Of a stretch of 64,000 nt of DNA, positions 14,040 to 27,272 are shown piece after piece. Numbering within the stretch: the stretch's first letter is position 1; every line of letters begins with the position of its first letter. The stretch is from Ginglymostoma cirratum (lineage: Eukaryota), in the NCBI GenBank assembly GCA_024137785.1, contig JAHRHZ010000012.1, positions 50,131,201-50,195,200 of the forward strand, read 5' to 3'. The notes beneath the pieces were generated by a model. It searched no databases. It saw nothing but the letters and a program-made list of their open reading frames with translations, and was not told where the DNA came from. Both the position numbers and the translations under genes were made by a program.

Positions 14040-15470
14040 CTCAGGAATTTTTAAGGTTAAGGAATAATTTCATCAAAGTTTTTATGCTTTGAAAGGAACT
14101 GACAAGGTAAATGGCAAGAAAGAATTCCCCTGGTTAAGGAGTTTAGGACCAGGACAGTGATTAAATGTTACAGTCAGGCCTTGGCAAAGTGCACTGAGGA
14201 AACACTCTGAATACAAAGGACTGAAGAAGCTGGGAACTTTCTTCTGTAAATTTCTGTTAATGCAAAGTCAATTGTTAATTTTAAATCTTTGACAGAGATG
14301 TTTTCGTTAGTCAAAGGTAACGGAGATGCCAGAAATTGTTTTATTACTTTGGTTGTGTGATTGAGCAACACTGGCTAGTCCAGCAATTATTGCCATGTGC
14401 CTGATGACCCTGCAGAAAATGGGCTTCCCTCTTGACTGCTGCAGTGGTGAAGAGACAGTCACCATGCTGCTAGAAAGGCAATTCCAATTTCTGACTCAAC
14501 GATTGTAAGGGAACAGTAATGGAGTTCCAAATCTGGATGGCAAGTGCCTCTGAAGGGATCCTTCAGATAATTGTGTTCCCTTGTATCCTCAGCCTTTGTC
14601 CATCTCAGTGGGAAAGATCTCAGCTGAGGTAGGTACAGCTGAAGAAAGTTTAGTGAGTTCCTACCGTGTACCTTATAGATGGGGAAATCTGAGGACTCTG
14701 GGACTATATTCATTGGAGTTTAGAAGGATGAGGGGGGATCTAATTGAAACTTACAGAATACTGAATGACCTGGACAGCGTAGATGTTGGGAAGATGTTTC
14801 CATTGGAAGGAGAGACTAGGACCCGAGGGCACAGCCTTAGAGTAAATGGATGACCTTTTAGAACGGAGATAAGGAGAAACTTCTTCAGCCAGAGAGTGGT
14901 GAATCTATGGAATTCACTGCCACAGAAAGCTGTGGAGGCCAGGTCATTGAGTACATTTAAGACTGAGAAAGATAAATTCTTGATTATCAAGGGGATCAAA
15001 GGAGAAAATGGGAGAATGAGGTTGAGGGACTTATCAGCCATGATTGAATGGCAGAGCAGACTCAATGGGCCGAATGGCCTAATTTCTTCTCCTATGTTTT
15101 ATAGTCTTATGGTCTTATGTATGTCAGTGTGGGAGAGATTGAATGTTGAAGGTTGTGTTTGGGGTGTCAGTCATGCTAGCTGCTTTGTCCTGGATGGTGT
15201 GAAGTTTCCTGATTTTTGCTGGAGTTGCACTCATTCAGGTACGTGAAGAACATTTCGTCACATTCCTGATTTGTGCATTGTAGATGTTGGATAGTTTTTG
15301 GAGAGACAGGAAGTGAATTGCTTGCCACCGAATTTCTAGCCTTTGACTTGGTATTGTAGCCGTAGTATTTATATAGTTTGTCCAGTTCAGTTTCTGATTG
15401 ATAGCAAAGAAGGTGAAAATGAAGGAGAATGGCACTATTGTTCCAGACGCTGCTCTTTCATTACTGAAAT
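14040..15470. mobile_element. Nested LINE cluster: CR1 (+) 14040-14330; LINE 3' end (-) 14340-15470 split by a young CR1 (+) 14680-15120
   Basis: LGLYSLEFRRMRGDLIETYRIL...TRGHSLRV; the flanking minus-strand LINE continues on both sides. Confidence 0.8.
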
Positions 15471-15474
15471 ATGT

Positions 15475-15880
15475 AACGCATGTACAAATTTCTTTTGCCT
15501 TCTCCGGCTGGGCTTGCAGTGTGATGCATCTATGTGTGCCAGAAGCTGCATATATGAATGCACAGGACATTTTTTTCATGTAGACAGAACAAATTTGTAC
15601 ATACATTGCACCATTTACATTTAAAAAACGCGTCACGGAGACTGCTCCCTCCCCATGGCAACACTCTGACCAATCAGAATCTAGCTGCTGGGCCTGAGAG
15701 TTAAGATTGACAATTAACAGTTCTTGCTGCATCTTTGTGCCAATAACGGCCCAATCAATCTGCACCCTCTTTGCATGCTATATAAAAATTGTATCTATTC
15801 TTCTAAGTTTGTTTCTTGAGTCCTATTTCTGACGAGAACAAGATGTAAAGCCTTAACTTCTGCACTCCTTTCGCATCTTT
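15475..15880 (+). mobile_element. Penelope-like element 3' end (GIY-YIG C-terminus and UTR)
   Basis: EAAYMNAQ...RQNKFVHTL resembles LEA.YI....P.LCRQKEFV..L; degenerate ctgacgag hammerhead-like motif near 15829. Confidence 0.55.
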
Positions 15881-16077
15881 AATCTCTGGACAACAAAGCA
15901 AATAAAACTAATCACTAGATAGGCTCAAGACAAAGCAATGGCAAAAGAAAATCGATGGCAGTGAACTACCTCAAACACTTTGTATCCAGTAACACATCCT
16001 GGCAGATTACAGGAGTAGTCAGCTGAGGAAATACCACATTTAACTTTGTTGATAGCCTATTTTTAACTGACACAGAC

Positions 16078-16093
16078 GCACATACACACACAT

Positions 16094-16136
<43 letters not shown>

Positions 16137-16254
16137 CTCACTTTCTCCNNNNNNNNNNCACACACACGCTCTCACTTTCTCCCACAAATGTGGCCACACA
16201 CACACTCACTTTCTCCCACATATGTGGCCACACACACACACACACACACACACA
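16078..16254. repeat. (CA)n microsatellite with assembly gap (N at 16149-16158)
   Basis: Directly visible; cacacgctctcactttctcc repeated on both sides of the gap. Confidence 0.97.
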
Positions 16255-17706
16255 TTTTAAGAAAACTGTTGTAGCGCAGAGATCAGTGGCAGGATCCCTG
16301 GCTGATTTTCCCCTCCTTAATAGAAGGGAACTAGATCACAATCGTAGCACTTGAACTGTTGATCTAGTTGAGATTAACTAACCCTGAACAGGCCAGACAT
16401 CTAACCTGACATCTTTTTAATCTGTATCATTTATTAATTTACTGGACAAACCCATGAATCAATGAGGGAATGACAAGGCTTTACTTGTGTTAATTAATAT
16501 ATACACACCTTTGAAAGACAAAATAAATTTGTCAGAAATGTAAATTGACAGTGTATATTGTACCAGGCTTGTTGAGAACATCCAGATTCAATGAGCAATA
16601 TATTTTTTTCTTATTCTAAACTATCTAATACGAAGAAAAGAAACAATCTCAATACCAAAATGAACCTGTCCCTCAGAATGACATGAATACAATTCCTATC
16701 TCCCTGTGTTGCCTCCCTGCAAGTAATGATGACGCTTGAGCACTTTGTCATCTGTGCTGTTAAAGAAAGCATTTTTTAAAAAAAAGTCCTCCCTTTCAAT
16801 TTATACAAATTGTGTGGTTACACAGATGCTGAGTGTTTGTTCTGCTCTGCTTTGGGGTCATATTCTTTTTAACAGCTGTATGTATGAAAAATTCAAAGAG
16901 TGTGGTCTTCAAATATCAATCCCATTTATATTTCACACTAATTAAACACTGCACCAATGTTGCTATTGAAAAGATTACAGCAGACTCCCAGTCAACAGCA
17001 ATCATAGATAGAAGTTGACATGTTTTGTATAAAATCAAGACTGGGGCAGAGTGATGGGGGCAGATGATTTTTAACTACCAGCTGCTCCTTTCTTGTCTGA
17101 GAAGCAGTCAGCAAATAAAAGTCTGGAGTGGGTTAGCTGGGGGCCAGTAGGGGAGGAAGGTGTGAGGTGTTGAGGGAAGGTTTAGGGAATGAGGTGGGCT
17201 GATGTTGTGGAATGGTTTGAAAATTTGTTGGAGTGGTATCTCAGCCATCATACTAATGCCCAAGGTTTGCTTTATGCAATTTTCTTTAAATGAAGTGACC
17301 AGGTCCCCGAAAGAGGATTGTTAAATAGGAAAATCCATGCAGTACTTAGTCTATACTGGGTGTAGGATCTTGATTGCAATTTTCAGCTTCAAATGGACAG
17401 TTGATCTATTCAAAGCAATTGTTGAGTAACCAGCTATACTTAAAGGGACTGCTCAAGGCCACTCAAAAATGTCCACTTGGGCTGATCAATTTCCTTATGT
17501 TCCCAGAACAAGTGAGCTGCAGGCAGACATCCATTTGGTGTCCACAACTCTCTGAAGGTAACACTATTGGTCTGCATTTGAAAATGGGGTGGAATTCAAA
17601 CCACTACCCCTGGTGTGGCAGTGTGACCACTCCGCTTCTTCCCATGTTCTAGGCACATCTGATAATTTTCCATGATTTTCTTTTTTTTTCCCAAATGACA
17701 TTGCAG

Positions 17707-18050
17707 ATTTTAAGGTGCTGCTTTGAACCATATGATTGGAAAACTTCCAAAGTCAGAATGGTGTCTGAAAGGAGTAAAAGGAGCACTTCATTCCCAGCCT
17801 CTCAGTTGATACTGAGTGTCTGTGTCCTAAAGCAAAGCCAGACGTATCAGCTTCAATCAATTGTGTAAGGTCTTCAAGAAGCTTAGTTTAACTGTTTTCC
17901 TTAAGTTTTTTGTACTATTACCTTTGCAGGGAATAAGGTAATCTCTGAAGACATTGCAGTAGGCACGGCATATGTGAAAGTAAAGTGTTTAATCTGCTTC
18001 GAAGAAGTAGGTTATGACCTCAGGGGCTTGACTCTCACAGAACCTTTAAT
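17707..18050 (+). pseudogene. Two exon remnants (17707-17864, 17930-18050)
   Basis: ttgcag acceptors, gtaagg and gtaaca donors; stop-free frames ILRCCFEPYDWKTSK...ASQLILSV and NKVISEDIAVGTAYVKVKCLICFEEVGYDL. Confidence 0.5.
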
Positions 18051-19064
18051 GTAACAGACAAATTTTAATCACACAACATCGCTCATATGATGTTCCTGAC
18101 ACTGTAAAACATCAAAGGCAAATCATAACCTAAAACATTCAATGTATGAATTCCCCCATCACCAACTATTAACTATTATATTGATTATAACTTCAGTGAA
18201 AATGCTAAATTGCAGTTTGTCATATGTTTCTTTATATCAGAAATCTTAAAAAGAATCCCACTTTAAATAAATGCTTGTTATTTTATTAGTTTGGATCACT
18301 ATGTTAATTTCTCAAAATAATTCTGGAAAGGAAGAGGGCACCTCATTCAAAAGGTGCCTCTGCACACATTGAAAACACACCAGACAAGATATCATGCCCC
18401 AACTTTCTTTCTGCGTCACCTGCCCTACAAACCTACCCTCCTGCACCCCATCCCTCTTTCCTGAGCACTGGAATCCTTCCCTGCCCTAAGACCATGGTCC
18501 TTATCGGCAGAGCTTTCATTGTCTGTGCTTCTTCCTGTGGTTCTGGCAGCAACCACCATTGGGTCTGCCACTAGTTGCTGGGATTAAGTGGTTGGTAGAT
18601 CCCAAGGATGGGACTTGTTCCCACCAAGGATGGGAAGTCTCAGAGCTCAGCAATTTAATCCACCCTCTGTGTGTTATGGCTGTGAGATAGGCATACTCAG
18701 AAAGTGTCAGTTTCCAGTGGACTTTTGTTTCAGGATACTAGGGGAAGGTGAGCAGTCCACCCTGCCACCCTTTCCTCCCCTTTAAAATGGAGAACTATCT
18801 CTCTGTAAATTGTGCTAGAAGTCAAAAAAAATTACTAATTTGCATTAACATGGTTTGCAGCCCTCATCTGTCAAAATCAGCCAGAGCCTTCTTGAGATAT
18901 ATATACAGGACTCTTGTCTCTGAATGAGATTGTTCTGGTACAAGTCTCACTCCGAAGACATGAGCACAACTTGTAGGCTAAGACTTCAGTGCAGTAATGA
19001 TGGAACACCGACAAGGCATCTTTCAGGTGAATTATTTAACTGGAACTCTAGCTGTCCTCTCAGA

Positions 19065-19500
19065 GACAGGAACTCTCGCCTTCTGGGTGTTAGGTGGAGC
19101 AGGAAGGACATGCCACTGATGAGAAAAAGCATGGTACTGCTTGGAGGAAACATCATCGTAGCGAGGTGAAGTAAGAAGGGAATGACAGTGAACAATGGAT
19201 GCACCCATTTAATTCACTTATAATTATCTTGATCTTTGTAAAGGAGATGCATGGAAGATACAGACTACTTCTTTGGCCTATCCGTGGAAGGACTGTTTTA
19301 TTCCTTTATTTTTCTAATTTATTCCTATGATCTGTCATGCTGGACTTGTTATTTCTTTATTTTTCTATTTTCTTCCCCTAAGAATTTGTAAGAATTTAAG
19401 AATCTGTACCTCGGTACATTTGTACCTAAGATGGCAGTGTAAGTGGTGACTTATAAATTTTTTATTTGAGTACATGTGACAATAAAGCTAATTCTAATCC
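19065..19500 (+). mobile_element. Non-autonomous retroelement with Rex1/Babar-like tail
   Basis: Ends tacatgtgacaataaagctaattcta; interrupts a DeuSINE-like fragment. Confidence 0.4.
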
Positions 19501-19849
19501 TACCTGCCCCTCATGTGGAACACTTTTGTGTCCTCTACAGAAACAAGCAGCCCATTAGTCTCAGCAAATTGTCTTCCAATACTAGGTTCAAATTGAGTTC
19601 AGAGAAATGTAGAGCATATATTGGAGACAAAGCCTCTAACACCTAATGGGTCCACTAGAAATGCCCATTTAAAGCTAGGTCCAGGCATATATTTTGGCAT
19701 GAGCAGAATTTCTGGCTCCTTTGCTGATGTTACCATAAAATGACCTGGAACAACTAACAAGTTCAGTCCCAATTATATTTCAGCAAATTATTGCATTGAG
19801 TTGGAGAAACAGTTCATTATTGATGCTCCTTTAAAATAAGTGACCATCG

Positions 19850-20806
19850 GTTCAGGGATCATGAATTATGCAACTTCCAGCAGTAGAATTCGCTGGCTGC
19901 GATGGCAATTTGATGGTGATAAGGTTTTTGGTTCTCTCTCTGGCTGTGGTCAAGACAAATAACAAAGTAAACTTTAAAAAAAGAAGCATCTTTAACGCAG
20001 AAAACATTACTTTTCAGAGGGCCTCCTTTGATTATCTGTCATAACTTTGATGGATGATCGGTAAAACTCTTGGGATCAAAACAGAGCTGGCATATATACT
20101 ATTTCTTGACACTATTCTGTGAATCTTTCAGTGAAGTCACACCAAATCAGTGGGATTATCTCTGCAGATATTCAAACTTAAGATCACTACAGTCAGAAAA
20201 TTATTTAAAATTATGACTTTATTCAAAATGAATCCCACCTGGTATAATGACAGCATTAACATGTCCCACAAAATCTTGCCGCTCTGAACTCTCAATTCAA
20301 CTGACGGATATCTCTGAAAACTTGAGGCAGATTTCAATATGTGTGAAGGTAATATCTCTACAATGCAATATTTCTGTCCTCCCAGGGTTCAATATGACTC
20401 CTTAGAATCCACATTGTGAATCAAAGAAATAAAACTCTGATTTATATGTTCTCATTTGTTGATGGGAGGGAATAACTCAACAAATGGCTCAGCTTTATTC
20501 GCGACTAAGATATTCCTAATGGTCAGTAAATTGTTCAAAGTTATGGACTGGTTTAAAAAGAAGGTTAAATAAAATTCTGTGGCTGAGAAATTTTCCTCGT
20601 TGACAACTATAGTTTGGGTGCTACATGTTCTCTTGATGCTCCAAAACAGCATTCCCGATGCAAACACACATGGTGCTGGTGCATATTGTGCTAGACACTA
20701 TGGTTCACGTTTTCCATGGATTGGCCATCAGAGTAACAGTTATGGTTACAGTCATAACATGTGCAGGAGACCACTGAGAGGTGGCCACCAACACAGGAAC
20801 CAGTGA
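19850..20806 (+). pseudogene. RGS-like exon remnants (about 19850-20060 and 20460-20800)
   Basis: RDHELCNFQQ* (frameshift) CDGNLMVIRFLVLSLAVVKTNNK; SALFATKIFLMVSKLFKVMDWFKK. Confidence 0.45.
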
Positions 20807-21767
20807 AGAGTTTCCAGGCAGTGAATTGATGCTGCTTGTCAGCTCCACATAAGTAGGGTTATGAGAGACCTTGGGAGAGCAGAGAAGGAGCTGGAGATTA
20901 TTCAGGGATTTGGAATTAGAATGCCCATCTGGAAGACAAGATTGAACCTGTGGGAGATGAACAAGTGTTCAGGCACTCCAAGTTGGAGCGAGATTAGAAG
21001 GAGTTAAGAAGTGAAGCTTTTAACAGTGATAAGTGAAATCCCTCTGGAGGAACATCTGTGTATTAATGAAACTTTGTAACTCACACTAATTACTAACATC
21101 AGGGTGGATTACTATCAAATTCATGGGATTTGTCTTGGTTGCATCTGCCATTTAATGTTCAGTGTTTTGCGCGTTACCACAGTTTGCTGATTAATTTTTC
21201 TGTGGTCCATGTTGATTTATTTTTGATATTCAAGTGTATGATATTGTAAAGTAGTTTACCTTTCTGATTTGGTATAGTAAAATGTAGTAAAGGTAAGGAC
21301 AACAGATACATGGGACTACAACCATCTTCCCTCAAAGACACTCACCATCCTGATTGGAAAATATATTGCAATTCCTTCAGTGTTTCTAAGTCAAAATCCT
21401 GGAACTCCCTCCCTATCAGCATTACGGCTGCTTTACCAAATGGTCTGCTGCGGTTCAGTAAGGCAGCACAGCATCACCATCTGAAAGGCAACTAGGGATA
21501 GGGAGTAAAGTCTGACACATCCAGTGATGCCTGCATCCTATGAATAAATTAATAGAAAATGTTTATGTTTGCTTGTTCAAACCCATGGAATCTTGTGGTT
21601 TCATTCAATTAGCAAAGACATGTTATTCCAAACTTCACCTATTATTAATCCCTGTTATTAATCCCAAACCATAACCAAACTTAGAGACAAATAGTCCAAG
21701 ATTGTAACAGATTGCTAATAGGTGACTGAGGCAAGAATGATAAATTAAGGAATACAGAGGGCTAGCT

Positions 21768-22690
21768 GTGCAGTTGGTAGAATTGGAAGGTGCATTTACT
21801 TTCATTGACCAAGTGAAACCATTGAACATCTTGCAGCACAGTTTCATTTTCATGGAAATTAGCTCCCAATGCCTTTTGTGTTTGCGTGTTTTTCTTGATA
21901 GTGTCTCAGATTTATGTGCATGCAGGAAATCAAGCCTACTTTCCAAGTTCTCTGCTGAGGATTCCTGCACAGCTTCTGCAATTCTTAGAGCTATTTCTTT
22001 CTCATGCTATCCTATTATTCATTCATTCCCAGATCACAGTTATCTTCTGTATGATTTCCTGCACTTGCAACAAACAATAAATCTCCCCTTTAAAAGGTGC
22101 AGGTTAGCTTTAAGAAGGGTGAGGAAATTGCAACTTTGGCTCCTGATGATGTTAAGACTAGTTACACGCAGACACAAATTACTGAGTAAGCTGCATGAAA
22201 ATGTCACTCTACATGCATTTCTGTTAAAGGCATCATTTAATCATGGATCGCAATCCCTATGTCCCTCATAGAAATACATTCAATTTTGCTCCCAGTGTCC
22301 CTCAACTTTGATATATTGATCAATATTTAAGCTTTAATCTTGATTGCGTTAATTGGAGTGAAAGTATTGTAATGAAAACGGAAGATGATGCGCAGTTTTT
22401 CTCAATTTTGTGTTTCCTAAAGCAATTTTCAATTGGAAAAGATCTCCATTTGCTAAATGATGACCACTTTTTTCTATAATGCATTAAGGATTTAAGGAAT
22501 AATAATTCAGGACTACAAAGAGAGATTTGAACATTGGTCTGAGAGGATATTGATTCTATACCCTTGTCAGAGGATGAAGTATAGAAATCAGTTCTGGCAT
22601 AATTATAAACTAGAGATTGCTGTTCCAGGATTAGGTCCTCAAGTCTTAGATGGAGATGTCAGAATCTCACCGTCAAGCTGCTGATTTTTA
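21768..22690 (+). pseudogene. RGS22-like exon remnants
   Basis: 167-codon open frame with SQCLLCLRVFLDSV and ISFSCYPIIHSFPDHSYLLYDFL; then DDAQFFSILCFLKQFSIGKDLHLLNDDHFFL*CIKDL (L.NDL.FW.E-like). Confidence 0.5.
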
Positions 22691-23899
22691 ACTGTTTGCA
22701 TCTCATTAAAGCCCAATTCTTCATTTTATTATCATACTTCCAACCTTCCTCTTCTCATGATCAAGAAAACCAACGGTGCAAAATCACAATCAGTAAAACA
22801 GAAGGGGTATCTGACGATCTGACAAATCAGCACTCATCGCAGCTGGCAGACAGAGTGTACTAGCAATCAAGCTTCTCTTTACATAGAACCATTTCTTTTG
22901 CACAAAATGCCCCTATGCTCAATGGCCACACTCTTCCTGAACCTTCATCTACAGAATGCATGATCAGCAAAGCACCAGCCTCATATCAATTTGCTTACTC
23001 TCAAATCAACCTGAGATCAACTTTAGTACATTGGAAGTGAGGGATAGCCAAGATTGGTAGTGACCAATAATCCCTCTATTTTGTTTTCAGGTGTGTGGAC
23101 TTCTTAAACTGGAAGCTAATGTGTTGGCATGCTGATCAACCTGAGTGGAAAATCGGAAGAATCTTGAGTGGCTATGCAGCTTAGATGGACTATTGCTTGT
23201 GACAGTCAGTTGCACTGAGGAGTGTCTTAAGCATCTAATGTATCTTTAGATGATTTTGAGCACTAATATGGAACCTAGTTAGTTCAATTCCAGTGCAAGC
23301 AGTTTGGCAACAGTCAGTCTAGCACATAGTCCTGGGTGAGACTAGGGACACATGATATTTCAGTCTGAAAATTAAACTGCAATAAGTCCTTAAGGCCAAG
23401 TGCAAGCAGTCTGGGGATTACGTGTAGGTCAGTTGAGGTGCTGTTCTGCCCAATTAAACCTGGTCTTTTCGGACTGTCATGCTAATTCAGTCTGGGAATT
23501 GGGCCAAGATCAGTTAGGGGTATAAGGTTATTAGTAATTCAGGGGTTTGTCAGGGGGGTGGTCCATGGAGTCCTGGAGAAAGTGGGAAATTCGAGAATGG
23601 GGATGGGCTTTGTTGGACCGACTCACAAACGGAATAGCAACAGTGATAGTGGAGCACTTCTAGATAGAAGGGATGGAACTGAAATTGAATTACAGGGGAC
23701 TGAGGACTCTTGATGGACTGTATTCAAACAAGTCAATTCCTCTGACCTTTACATAGGGAGGATGTAGGGCCAGCAAGAGCACAGAAAACCCCAAAGTCAT
23801 GGGGGCTGGGTGTAAAGCAGACACATTAACTGCCAAGCAAAGGTGCTGATCACTCAGTGGAACCACAGGGAAAGCAGCAAAGGACAATGCATCAGTGAA

Positions 23900-24900
23900 G
23901 AATTGATGGTAATTCATCAGTCACAGGTAGAGTCTACAAGTCACCTATGTGAACACCAAGTTGGAATATCTTTCAAAAATCAACCAAACGATAGAATTTG
24001 AGAATGGCAAGGACTGCATGCAATGCGGGAGGAGCAAATTAATGTTTTTCTTCCAGTGGCAGGGTTTGCAACATTTTTTGAGGTTATGCAAATTGCAATT
24101 GCGGTAATCACATCTTCATAAATCAAGTGATATTATCCATCTGCCTTCAATCCTCACTTCATCAGGAGGTCAGTAATTACCAAACCATGCAGGTAACTGT
24201 TTATGAGGAATCATGAATATTCTAATGTGCCTGCTGATTACTCAGTGTTCTTTATCAGGCAGTGACTGCTTGAGAAGTTTCCGTTGCCACCTTTAGTGAG
24301 GGCAAAATCTGCAGCTTGCTTGTTAAGAATGTGAGAGCTCAGGCATCCCTTCAATAACACTTCATGGTCTGTCTGACTTGCCCCACAGATTCTCATCTGA
24401 AGGAGCTGAAGACACCAGATGTCAATGGATGGAGGTCTGGACCAGATATCCTGGATCTTCCATTCTCATTCCTTGCAAGAGACAAGGGCACTCAAAGGGG
24501 CCTTTTTCGAAAGTGCTCTTTCCAAGTCCTAGTTGCTTGATGAAAAGGATGCCTGCTCCAAACCTGACTCATAAGACCTGTTGTAAATACATAGATGGAT
24601 GTGAAGTTAAGGTACACCAATGCTCACTCTCACACCAGAGCCATAATAGAACAAACCATAGGCTCCTGAACATAAGGTTTCAATTCCCTACCACTTTGAT
24701 GTGGCTTTGCAGCATATACCAGAATGTCCTGCATCATTATAGCATTTGAACTGACAAAGGAGGGAATGACCTGGATAAGAATGAAATGGGGAGTGAAAAA
24801 AGAGGCTGAAGACCAGGAGAATGTTCAGGCTGGTTGACCACGACAGGAAGACTTGATAATCTTTCAGAGAGGCTGAGAGGCCAGCAATAGCCTTATTGCC
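23900..24900 (+). mobile_element. Harbinger (HARBI1-like) transposase relic
   Basis: EVWTRYPGSS; RYTNAHSHTRAIIEQTIG (fs) LNIRFQ...ALQHIPE. Confidence 0.8.
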
Positions 24901-25961
24901 AGGACTATTGAGCGGTGTTCAGACTTGGTTTGAGTGTCTCTGCATCTAAGTTCATCTTCCTGTTCAGTGTAAAGGAAAGGTCCAACTTGTTGGTTTACAG
25001 TTCTTTGCTCTTTGTCTTGTAGATTAGATCTTAAATGATCCATACTCTTGTATGAATAATATCTTCAACAGAACTGTTGTTAAAATAGCTACACATATTC
25101 TATCCTACATCAACATTGGAGGGCATTGCTATGACAGAAATAGAGTGCAGGCTGGAGATTGGCACTGGGCAATAGAGACAGTGCAGGCATAATAAGCTGA
25201 ATAGCCTTCTTCTGCACTATAACAACTCCGTGATTCTAATTATTAGGAGAAAAGCAGCAGTGAGACAGTGCACTTACATTGCAAGGTGCTAAAGTTACAT
25301 AGCTCTGACACCATCTGTGAGAATATAACTCATGGGTCATGTATAGCCCAGTTCACCACAAGAGCTACCAGGTTGAAATGAATCCTGAGGAAGCTCCTTT
25401 TGACCCTTCATTCATTGTTAACCCTTCAACGTTTCAATATGCAGAGACTGATCATTGCTTTGATATGACTCAACATAGTTTCTAATTGCAATTAACCTGT
25501 GGGAGGTAGCACCGTGCAGCTTTTCTCTCCAGGCCAATGTGCTATAAGGGACAGTGGAAATGTGAACTATCAGAGAATATCTCCCAACCTTGAAAGTCAT
25601 TGCAGTATCTCGAAAAGATCATACATGGGAACAATGTTTCCTACAGCACCTTCCAAACTCCATGACCACTACCATCTAGAAGTACAAGAAAGCAAATACG
25701 TGGGAACACCACCATCCGCTTGTTTTTCTCAAAGCCACTCACCATCCTGACTTAGAAATATATTACTGTTCCATTCATGTCACTGGGTCAAAATCGTAGA
25801 ACACCCTCCCTAAAGGCATTGTGGGTCTATCCACACCAAATGAACTACTGTGGTTCAAGAAGGCAGTTCACGCCCAACTACAAGGGCAACTAGAGATGGA
25901 CTATAAATGCAGGCGCAGCTAGCTGTGTCCACAATCTCAGAATGATTGCTTTTAAAAACCT

Positions 25962-26560
25962 CAAATCTGCCACCCTCTGCCAGTCTTTGACCTTTTGGCC
26001 TGATCTGTGCCTGATTTTCCTGAAATGAGAGAAAGAGAATTGAATATGATGGAAGTGCATGCGAGAGTAGTTAATGGCCATGCGTGAGCTGGAGATGGGA
26101 TGAAATATTCCCAGTGAACGAGTAGGAAGCATAGAGGGCAAGTAGGCTGAGTAGTTGTTGGGCATGAGGTGTTTGAGAGCCCTTGAATAAATACAATGCT
26201 TGTGATGCTGAAGGTCCACCACACTTGGTGAGATGTGTGTGCTGTCGTGCAATTGTGGAGAGTGAAGCCCTTATAAGTGTGGGGTACAGACAGAAGATGT
26301 TGCCACCCAACTTTATGGATAATAGAAGGACATTGACATTCTTATGGCACTCTTGGGCTGTCCAATTTGATGATAGAGGCAGCATCGGCCCATGCTGCCA
26401 CCTGTGCCCAGGTTGACTGGGTTTGATAGGTGAATTCTTTTTGCAGTCAGCCAACAAAATCAATAGACTGACTTTCTCTCCATTACACCATCCACCAGTG
26501 ACTCAAGATCCATCCCTGTGAAGCAGGAAATGAACTTAGTTCCCTTTTGTTGCAGGGAGG
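25962..26560 (-). mobile_element. Harbinger Myb/SANT-like ORF relic, convergent with the transposase
   Basis: CFTGMDLESLVDGVMERK...WTAQECHKNVNVLL; intron; AKRSKTGRG. Confidence 0.75.
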
Positions 26561-27096
26561 AACAATAACATGTGAAGGTCAGGTCCTTCCTTGTAGCATC
26601 TGAAATGGTGTATGGCATGGAGTTTAAAGCAGTGCCAGAAATTTGGAGGCTGAAAGGTTACAGTATTGGTGAGCATTTCCAGCTGATTTGCCACAGAGTA
26701 GCATGCCCAATATCTCACTGGCATAAATAATGAGCTGAAAAGCACATCATTGAGTGAGATAACTCTTCCTAGATCATGGTGGAAATGAAGCCATAAAAGT
26801 TGCTCAGCACCACTTGAAAAGGGTCATACAATCTTAAACTTACTGTCTTGTGTTTGAGTTGGCCAAAATGTGGGACATATTTCCCACACCAGAAGGCAAT
26901 GACAAGAGAAAAGCATTAATCCTGTTAATCAGCTGTAACCTACTTAGTTGGCACTTAAAACAGCTAAACGACTCATGGAGCATGAGCATAGCTGTCAACT
27001 GAGTAAACTAGCTGTAGAATTGGACATTACACCATCAAATGAAGGAAGGTCAGTTACTGCTGCTGCAAGGGAACAAGGCAAGCCTTTTTTTTACTA

Positions 27097-27272
27097 GAGA
27101 TAACAAGGTGTAGAGCTGGATGAACACGGCAGGCCAAGCAGCATCAGAGGAGAAGAAGAAGGGTCCAGACCCGAAACGTCAGCTTTCCTGCTCCTCCTGC
27201 TTGGCCTGCTGTGTTCATCCAGCTCTATACCTTGTTGTCTCAGATTCTCCAGCATCTGCAGTTCCTGCTACC
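27097..27272. mobile_element. Penelope pLTR-derived hairpin mini-element
   Basis: 45-bp inverted arms 27097-27141 / 27197-27241; loop gaagaa-gggtc-ca-gaccc-gaaacgtc. Confidence 0.75.

Noticed and set aside
16130-16235. Duplicated units around the N gap as a biological tandem array
   Set aside because: They flank a 10-N gap inside a (CA)n tract; likely microsatellite slippage or assembly overlap.
20025-20056. Clustered TCF (CTTTGAT), Meis (CTGTCA) and Pbx-Hox (TGATGGAT) sites suggesting an enhancer
   Set aside because: Short motifs expected by chance; they lie within an RGS-like exon remnant and no conservation data are available.
20579-20806. 75-aa ORF with signal-peptide-like start as a secreted peptide
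   Set aside because: Starts at GTG, has no promoter or Kozak context, and continues the frame of an upstream exon remnant past a stop.
21635-22007. Minus-strand charged ORF (QESSAENLESRL...) as a separate gene
   Set aside because: In-register antisense of the + strand RGS-like frame; no convincing splice sites.
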